In this document: positions 57,158 to 64,000 of the stretch, one piece after another
Layout of the letters: each line of letters opens with the position of its first letter
Position numbering within the stretch: position 1 is the first letter of the stretch
Notes under the pieces: generated by a model
Databases searched by the model: none
What the model was told of the DNA's origin: nothing
The model's input: only the letters and a program-made list of their open reading frames with translations
Assembly (NCBI GenBank): GCA_963667175.2
Contig: CAXXXF010000012.1
Span: 32,001-96,000 of the forward strand
Direction of reading: 5' to 3'
Length of the DNA stretch: 64,000 nt
Source: Candidatus Latescibacterota bacterium
Lineage (GTDB): Bacteria; Latescibacterota; UBA2968; GCA-2709665
Position numbers and translations under genes: made by a program

Positions 57158-58111
57158 CTACCGGGCATCAACCGGACCGGCCATCTCTGCGTAGAGCGAC
57201 TTCAGCGCGGCAACGTCGGCGGCGTCCAGCGACCCCAATTCAGACGCCGCTGCGTTTGCCTCTGCCTGCTCAGGCGTCTTGGCGCCCGGAATCACGCACG
57301 ACACGTCCAGATGGCTCAATACGAACCTGAGGGCCGTCTGCGCAAGCGTGGGACTCCGGCCGCCCACCAGCGCTTCCACCCTCGCCACCTGGGCAAGCGC
57401 TCGCTGCAATCGGCCGTCTCTGCGCCAATCCGACCGAAAGTCCGCTCCTGGAAATCGGGAATCCTCTCGGTACTTCCCGCTCAACAGACCCCTCGCCATA
57501 GGCGCCTTGATCACCGTTCCGACACCCGCGGCCCGCGCCGCTGCGAACAGACCGGGATCCGGACGCTGGTCCAGGATATTGTAATAAACCTGAATTACGT
57601 CCACACAGCCGGAGTCGATGCACAGCCGCGCCTGCTCGACCGTATCGACCGAAACGCCGGCGAAACGGATGGTTCCCGCCTCTTTCAACCGGTTCAGAAA
57701 CTCGAAAATACCACTTCGCCGAATGGTCTCGGTATCCGGATCGTGGATGTAGTAGAGATCGATATAGTCCGTTCTCAGAGACCGCAGACTGGCTTCTACC
57801 GCCCGGCAGAGGTAGATCAGCGAAAAATCGCTATAGGCTGTGCCGTCGACGTACCACCAGCCGCCCTTGGTGGCCAGCACGACCTGTTCCCGCCGATCCG
57901 CCAGCGCCCTGCCCAGAACCCGCTCGCTACGACCGTTCCCGTACGCGTCCGCCGTATCGAAAAAGTTCACGCCCACGTCGAGCGCCCGGTGCACGGTACG
58001 GACCGAGGTCTCGTCGTTCACGGGTCCCCAGTCCAATCCCCGGAACGGCCCGGCGCCCAGTCCGACTTCCGAAATCCGGGGACCGCCGATGCAGAGCGGA
58101 CGGAGATTCAT
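57158..58111 (-). CDS. Aldo/keto reductase
   Basis: FDTADAYG.G.SE, LRTDYIDLY, IPGAK. Confidence 0.93.
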   Translation of the reverse strand: MNLRPLCIGGPRISEVGLGAGPFRGLDWGPVNDETSVRTVHRALDVGVNFFDTADAYGNGRSERVLGRALADRREQVVLATKGGWWYVDGTAYSDFSLIYLCRAVEASLRSLRTDYIDLYYIHDPDTETIRRSGIFEFLNRLKEAGTIRFAGVSVDTVEQARLCIDSGCVDVIQVYYNILDQRPDPGLFAAARAAGVGTVIKAPMARGLLSGKYREDSRFPGADFRSDWRRDGRLQRALAQVARVEALVGGRSPTLAQTALRFVLSHLDVSCVIPGAKTPEQAEANAAASELGSLDAADVAALKSLYAEMAGPVDAR

Positions 58112-58427
58112 GCTCACTCCCGTCGAGACAGAAGACTGCCATGTGAAAACGGCCCTCGAAGGTTCCCTCCCGGCGAACCCCTCAAAGGCCGAAAACGACG
58201 TCGCGTGGACGCCGCGAAGAAAATAGGGCCATCAAATCGGGTTGTCAACTCAATTCGGGTTCGGCAGGCCGGCGAAACGCGTGGAGCGTCCCCGGCGTCC
58301 GGACATGCTCGATTCATAAATATATTTTATTGATTTAATCAAATTTATAAATTGGCGATATGCGCCGCGATTCGCTATCATTATAGCGGTTGGCCGCGCG
58401 GTTACCGTCTTTCCTGCATGCCTCCTT

Positions 58428-59234
58428 ATGAGCGCCACAACCGAACCAACGCTGAACTCGACCATCGAAAGGGGCTACGCCTTGCGCCTTCCCGCCGCGA
58501 TGCTGATGGATCTGGACGACACCATCGTCTCCTATTCCACCCACGCGGGTCCGTGCTGGAAGCGGGTCTGCGAGGAGGCGGCGTGCGGGATTGACGGTGT
58601 CGATGCGGACACGCTTTACAGGACGCTGACCGAAGCCAGAACGTGGTTCTGGGCCGATCCCGATCGGCACCGGGCGAACCGCCAGAACGCGCCGCGTGCG
58701 TACCAGCGTGTCGTCCATCATGGCTTGTGTCGTCTTGGAATTGAAAGTTGGGACCTCGCCGGTGAAATCGCCCGGTCCTACCACCAGGCGCGCCTGAAGA
58801 CGATGAAACCGTTCCCCGGCGCCCTCGAAACGCTTCGAATGCTTCGCGCCCGACGCGTGAGGTTGGCGCTGGTAACGAACGGAGGCGCCGAACCCCAGCG
58901 GGACAAGATACGCAGGTTCAATCTTGCGCCATTCTTCGATACCATTCTCATCGAAGGAGAGTGCGGCTACGGGAAGCCGGACGTTCGAATCTATACGGAT
59001 GCGCTCCGCCTCCTGGACGCCGCGCCAGATGAGGCGTGGATGGTGGGCGACAACCTGGAGTGGGAAGTTGCCGTTCCGCAGAAGCTGGGCATCTACTGCA
59101 TCTGGAACGACGCCAAAGGGGCGGGTCTGCCGGACGACAGCGACGTTCGCCCGGATCGAATCATCCGATCCCTGCCCGAATTGCTGCATACCCGTAACGG
59201 TGCTTCCCAATGGACAGCGTCGGAAAGGAACTGA
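58428..59234 (+). CDS. HAD-family hydrolase
   Basis: DLDDT, TNG, KPD, VGDNLEWEV. Confidence 0.9.
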   Translation: MSATTEPTLNSTIERGYALRLPAAMLMDLDDTIVSYSTHAGPCWKRVCEEAACGIDGVDADTLYRTLTEARTWFWADPDRHRANRQNAPRAYQRVVHHGLCRLGIESWDLAGEIARSYHQARLKTMKPFPGALETLRMLRARRVRLALVTNGGAEPQRDKIRRFNLAPFFDTILIEGECGYGKPDVRIYTDALRLLDAAPDEAWMVGDNLEWEVAVPQKLGIYCIWNDAKGAGLPDDSDVRPDRIIRSLPELLHTRNGASQWTASERN

Positions 59235-62200
59235 AACGATACGTGGGTCTTCTTCATCTATACCGCACACCGCACCTGTCGCCGGCTCAGACCGACGCCC
59301 TGATCGGCCAGGTCAGAGAGACCATTTGTCACCGTGTTGCGCGGCTTGAAACCGAAGCCTGCTTCAATGTCGAACTGAAGGGTTCATTGACCGTCGTGGA
59401 ACGGGAGCGGCTCACCTGGCTCCTGAGCGAGACCTTCGAACCGGAAAAGTTCGGCCCAACGCCGTTTCTGGACGATGACGGCACGCTGATCGAGGTCGGT
59501 CCTCGACTGAACTTCAGCACGGCCTGGTCCACGAACGCCGTATCCGTCTGCCGCGCATGCGGTCTGACGGGAATCACTCGCATCGAACGCTCGAGGCGCT
59601 ATCTGCTGCGGCCCCGGCTGACGCACGAGCAGGAATCCGCATTCCTCGAACTGGTCCATGACCGCATGACCGAATGCAAATACCCCTCGCCGCTGGCCAC
59701 TTTCGAAACCGGCACACAACCGGTGCCCGTTTCCGAAGTACCGCTCATCCAGGAGGGCAGGCCGGCGCTGGAACGCATCAACACAACGTTGGGCCTGGCC
59801 TTCGACGAATGGGACCTCGACTATTATACGGACCTCTTTCTGGATCACTTCCGACGCAATCCCACGAACGTGGAGTGTTTCGACGTCGCCCAGTCCAACA
59901 GCGAACACTCGCGGCACTGGTTTTTTCGAGGCCGGCTGACGATCGACGGCGAAGAGATTCAGGAACATCTCCTGGGCATGATTCAACGGCCCCTGGCGGC
60001 CAACCCCGGCAACAGCGCGATCGCGTTCAGGGACAACGCCAGCGGCATCAGAGGGTATTCCGCAAGAACCATCCTGCCCGCCAGGCCCGGAGAACCGAGC
60101 CCTTTCGCCGCTTCCGAACGGAATTATGACATTGTCTTCACCGCTGAAACGCATAATTTTCCCACCGGAGTCGCGCCGTTCCCGGGCGCGGAAACCGGCA
60201 CGGGCGGCCGCATCCGGGACGTGCATGCCGTCGGTCGGGGCGGCCTTGTCGTCGCTGGTACCGCGGCCTACTGCGTGGGAAATCTCCGCATCCCCGGCTA
60301 TGAGACGCCATGGGAGGACCGGACGTTCGAATATCCCGGCAATCTGGCGTCTCCCGTCCGGATCGAGATCGAAGCCAGCAACGGCGCGTCCGACTACGGC
60401 AACAAATTCGGCGAGCCGCTCATTCAGGGCTATACCCGCGCATTTGGTCTGCGGCTGCCGAACGGACAGCGCCGCGAATGGATCAAACCCATCATGTTCA
60501 CCGGGGGCATCGGCCAGATCGACGCCCGCCACGCGACCAAGGGAAGCCCCAAAAACAAGATGTGGGTCGTCAAGCTCGGAGGTCCCGCGTACCGCATCGG
60601 GATGGGAGGCGGGGCGGCTTCGTCGATGGTGCAGGGCGAGAACACGGCCGAATTGGACTTCAACGCGGTACAGCGGGGCGACGCGGAAATGGAGCAGAAA
60701 GTAAACCGGGTCATCCGCGCCTGCGTGGAAATGGGCGAAGACAACCCCATCGTCAGCATCCACGACCAGGGGGCCGGCGGCAACTGCAACGTCCTCAAGG
60801 AAATCGTCGCGCCTGAAGGCGCCCGCATCGACGTTCGCGAGCTGCCCGTGGGCGACCGGTCGCTGTCCGTGCTGGAGATCTGGGGCGCCGAATACCAGGA
60901 AAACGACGCCCTGCTTCTGCATCCCCGGCACGCGGGCGCGTTCAAAGCCCTGTGCGGCCGCGAAAAGATACAGGCGGCCTTTGTGGGGCACGTCACCGGA
61001 AGCGGACGAATCGTCCTGTACGACGGCGATGACAACACCACCCCGGTTGACCTGGAACTGGACAAAGTGCTGGGCGACATGCCCCGGAAGCAATTCGAAC
61101 TCTACCGCAATCAACCCGAATTGGCCCCCCTCGAATTGCCCGAAGACGTCACCGTAAAGTCCGCATTGGAGAGGGTGTTGCGCCTCGTTTCGGTTGGCTC
61201 CAAACGGTTTCTGACCAACAAGGTCGACCGGAGCGTCACCGGACTGGTTGCTCGCCAGCAATGCGCGGGTCCGCTTCAGCTCACGGTTTCCGACGTCGCC
61301 GTGATCGCGCAGAGCCACTTCGGCGTCACCGGCGCCGCCACGGCCATCGGGGAGCAGCCCGTCATCGGTCTGTTGGACCCCGCGGCAATGGCCAGGATGA
61401 CCGTCGGAGAAGCACTGACCAATCTGGTATGGGCTCAGATAAGCTCACTGGAAGACGTCAAGTGCTCCGGAAACTGGATGTGGGCCGCGAAACTGCCGGG
61501 CGAAGGCGCCGCGCTATACGATGCGGCCAGATCCATGGTGGACATGATGCTTGAACTGGGTATCGCCATCGACGGCGGGAAAGACAGCCTGTCCATGGCC
61601 GCGCTGGCCCCCGGACCCGACGGGACCGAGGAGACCGTGACCGCGCCGGGCGCCCTGGTCGTTTCCGCTTATGTAACCTGTCCGGATGTCACCAGGGTTG
61701 TCACGCCGGACCTCAAACTCCCCGGAACCGGTCGCCTGCTCTTCATCGACCTGTCAGGCGGAAGAAACCGCCTCGGCGGTTCCGCCCTTGCCCAGGTGTA
61801 CAGCCAGATCGGCGATACGCCGCCCGACGTTGACGACCCCGGTCGGCTCAAACGCGCGTTCAACGCCATGCAGCGACTCATCGCCGAAAACACCGTTGCC
61901 GCGGGTCACGACCGTAGCGACGGCGGCATCGTCACCTGTCTGCTCGAAATGGCGTTTGCCGGAAATTGCGGCATCCGCATCGATCTTCCGGCGTCTTCAG
62001 ATCCGATCTCGTCCCTCTTTTCCGAGGAAACGGGCCTGGTATTCGAAGTACATGCCGAGAAAGCATCCCATGTTCTCGAAACTCTCGAGGCCGCGGACGT
62101 GCCCTGCATTCCCATTGGCGAAACCACGGAAGACTCGTCGGTACAGATCGCCGTGAACGGCCTGACCGTACTCGACGATGACATGGCGGACCTTCGCGAC

Positions 62201-63154
62201 CTGTGGGAGGAAACGAGCTACCGTCTCGAGCGGCTTCAGGCAGACCCGCAGTGCGTGGAACAGGAACGCCGCTCGCTGAGGCAGCGAGCGGCGCCCCGAT
62301 ACACGGTACCGTTCACGCCGGCGCTGACCGCGCCCGAGATTCTGGCGTCCCGGACAAAGGTTCCGGTTGCCATCGTCCGCGAGGAAGGCAGCAACGGCGA
62401 CCGTGAGATGGCCTCGGCGTTCCATGCGGCAGGTCTGGAGCCCTGGGACCTGACCATGTCGGACCTTCAGGAAGACCGGGTCCGACTGGATGCCTTTCGC
62501 GGCATCGCGTTTGTCGGGGGATTCAGTTACGGGGACGTCCTGGATTCCGCCAAGGGATGGGCGGGAGTCATCCGGTTCAGTCCGGGGCTGCGCGACCAGT
62601 TTCAATCGTTCTACGAACGGCCGGACACCTTCAGCCTGGGCGTCTGCAACGGCTGCCAGCTGATGGCCCTGCTCGGATGGGTACCCCGACCGGGCATCGA
62701 AACCTGGAGTCAGCCTCGATTCATCCAGAATACATCCGGGCGTTTCGAGTCACGTTTCGTCACGGTACAGATCCAGGAGAGTCCGGCGGTAATGCTCAGA
62801 GACATGCGAGGCGCCACCCTGGGAATATGGGTTGCGCACGGTGAGGGTCGAATCCATTTCCCGGACGCTGAAACGCTGGAAGGGGTCATCCAGGAAAGCC
62901 TGGCCCCCATCCGGTACGTCGACGACGCCAATCGAATCAGTGAAGCCTATCCGTTCAATCCCAACGGCTCTCCCCTTGGCATCGCCGCCCTCTGTTCCCC
63001 GGACGGTCGCCACCTGGCGATGATGCCGCACCCGGAGAGGACGTTCCTGAAATGGCAGTGGGGCTGGATGCCGGAATCCTGGAAGAGGCGCCTTATCGCT
63101 TCGCCCTGGCTGCAGCTTTTTCAGAATGCCCGGAAGTGGTGCGAGGAAAGGTAG
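59210..63154 (+). CDS. purL: Phosphoribosylformylglycinamidine synthase, large single-chain type
   Basis: NSEHSRH, ETHNFP, HDQGAGG, GGFSYGD, GVCNGCQ, MPHPER. Confidence 0.96.
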   Translation: MDSVGKELKRYVGLLHLYRTPHLSPAQTDALIGQVRETICHRVARLETEACFNVELKGSLTVVERERLTWLLSETFEPEKFGPTPFLDDDGTLIEVGPRLNFSTAWSTNAVSVCRACGLTGITRIERSRRYLLRPRLTHEQESAFLELVHDRMTECKYPSPLATFETGTQPVPVSEVPLIQEGRPALERINTTLGLAFDEWDLDYYTDLFLDHFRRNPTNVECFDVAQSNSEHSRHWFFRGRLTIDGEEIQEHLLGMIQRPLAANPGNSAIAFRDNASGIRGYSARTILPARPGEPSPFAASERNYDIVFTAETHNFPTGVAPFPGAETGTGGRIRDVHAVGRGGLVVAGTAAYCVGNLRIPGYETPWEDRTFEYPGNLASPVRIEIEASNGASDYGNKFGEPLIQGYTRAFGLRLPNGQRREWIKPIMFTGGIGQIDARHATKGSPKNKMWVVKLGGPAYRIGMGGGAASSMVQGENTAELDFNAVQRGDAEMEQKVNRVIRACVEMGEDNPIVSIHDQGAGGNCNVLKEIVAPEGARIDVRELPVGDRSLSVLEIWGAEYQENDALLLHPRHAGAFKALCGREKIQAAFVGHVTGSGRIVLYDGDDNTTPVDLELDKVLGDMPRKQFELYRNQPELAPLELPEDVTVKSALERVLRLVSVGSKRFLTNKVDRSVTGLVARQQCAGPLQLTVSDVAVIAQSHFGVTGAATAIGEQPVIGLLDPAAMARMTVGEALTNLVWAQISSLEDVKCSGNWMWAAKLPGEGAALYDAARSMVDMMLELGIAIDGGKDSLSMAALAPGPDGTEETVTAPGALVVSAYVTCPDVTRVVTPDLKLPGTGRLLFIDLSGGRNRLGGSALAQVYSQIGDTPPDVDDPGRLKRAFNAMQRLIAENTVAAGHDRSDGGIVTCLLEMAFAGNCGIRIDLPASSDPISSLFSEETGLVFEVHAEKASHVLETLEAADVPCIPIGETTEDSSVQIAVNGLTVLDDDMADLRDLWEETSYRLERLQADPQCVEQERRSLRQRAAPRYTVPFTPALTAPEILASRTKVPVAIVREEGSNGDREMASAFHAAGLEPWDLTMSDLQEDRVRLDAFRGIAFVGGFSYGDVLDSAKGWAGVIRFSPGLRDQFQSFYERPDTFSLGVCNGCQLMALLGWVPRPGIETWSQPRFIQNTSGRFESRFVTVQIQESPAVMLRDMRGATLGIWVAHGEGRIHFPDAETLEGVIQESLAPIRYVDDANRISEAYPFNPNGSPLGIAALCSPDGRHLAMMPHPERTFLKWQWGWMPESWKRRLIASPWLQLFQNARKWCEER

Positions 63155-63268
63155 GAAAGAACAGGAGACGTTACGAGGGGTGGACGGGCCGGCGCCGTCA
63201 CGTCCGGGAGGTCGATTGCGACAACCGGAGGACGCGACAGGGTGATAGACCGCAGACAGGGAGGCGGG

Positions 63269-64000
63269 ATGCCTGCAACGGTTCTGGATGGAAAGAGACT
63301 CGCCGGACAGATTGAATTCGATCTGAAACAACGGGTGGCGCGCATCCGGGACCGTACGGACGGCATGGTCCCCGTACTGGCCACCATTCTGGTGGGAGAC
63401 GACCCGGCCTCGGCCACCTATGTGCGAATGAAAGGAAACGCCTGCAAACGGGTGGGCATGGATTCAGTTCGAGTCCTGCTGCAGGAAGAAACGACCACGC
63501 GCCAACTCCTGGCCGAAATCGACAGGCTCAACGCGGACCCCCGCGTGCACGGAATTCTTCTGCAGCATCCGGCGCCCGCCCATATTCACGAGCGGACGTG
63601 CTTTGACCGGATCTCGCCCCGCAAAGACGTGGACGGCGTCACGGCGCACGGCTTCGGCCTGATGGCGATGGGCGCCTCGGCCTACGGCGCGGCGACACCC
63701 GCGGGTATCATGAAGCTTCTCCTGCATTACGATATCCCACTGGAGGGCAGAAACGCCGTTGTGGTCGGTCGGAGCCCCATTCTGGGCAAACCAATGGCCA
63801 TGATGCTGCTGAATGCGAACGCCACCGTGACCATTTGTCATTCCAGAACCCGGAATCTGCCATGCATTGTGCGTGGGGCCGACATTGTCGTCGGGGCGGT
63901 CGGGAGACCGGAGTTCATCAGGGCCGACTGGATCGCGGACGACGCGGTCGTCATCGACGCCGGTTACCATCCGGGGCCGGTCGGCGACGTGGAACTCTCT
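63269..64000 (+). CDS. folD: Methylenetetrahydrofolate dehydrogenase/cyclohydrolase (partial, runs off the window)
   Basis: MPATVLDGK...[15 protein letters not shown]...GILLQHP...KDVDG...ATPAG...[10 protein letters not shown]; absent from the ORF track because there is no stop codon in the window. Confidence 0.93.
   Translation, partial: MPATVLDGKRLAGQIEFDLKQRVARIRDRTDGMVPVLATILVGDDPASATYVRMKGNACKRVGMDSVRVLLQEETTTRQLLAEIDRLNADPRVHGILLQHPAPAHIHERTCFDRISPRKDVDGVTAHGFGLMAMGASAYGAATPAGIMKLLLHYDIPLEGRNAVVVGRSPILGKPMAMMLLNANATVTICHSRTRNLPCIVRGADIVVGAVGRPEFIRADWIADDAVVIDAGYHPGPVGDVELS

Noticed and set aside
59384-61318. 644-aa minus-strand ORF
   Set aside because: Antisense shadow of purL
1-64000. 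tRNA, rRNA, retron or DGR
   Set aside because: No tRNA/rRNA signatures seen and no reverse transcriptase ORF in the window

Overview
GC-rich bacterial chromosome window with two parts. Bases 1 to ~25.4 kb are a defence island read almost entirely on the minus strand. It holds AAA/ABC-type ATPases, an orphan higA, a ~1500-aa nuclease-STAND (Avs/AVAST-like) gene, an IS3-family element and a P-loop ATPase fused to a REase domain. It also holds an EcoEI-type type I R-M operon interrupted by toxin-antitoxin remnants, an AAA+PD-(D/E)XK gene, and a DUF6338-like gene with a short companion peptide. The island carries at least four families of MITE-like elements and two diverged copies of a sigma54 promoter plus palindromic enhancer module, one directly in front of hsdR. 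At its right edge is an ORF-less group II intron whose EBS1 (CATGGAT) matches a dispersed repeat that is also present, empty, twice more in the window. Bases 25.4-64 kb are catabolic and housekeeping genes (dehydrogenases, CoA-transferase, amidohydrolases, a degenerate GH38, zapA, nadD, bamD, rbsK, a eukaryote-type large purL and a partial folD) with a fifth MITE family. All calls come from reading motifs by eye; no database search was run.
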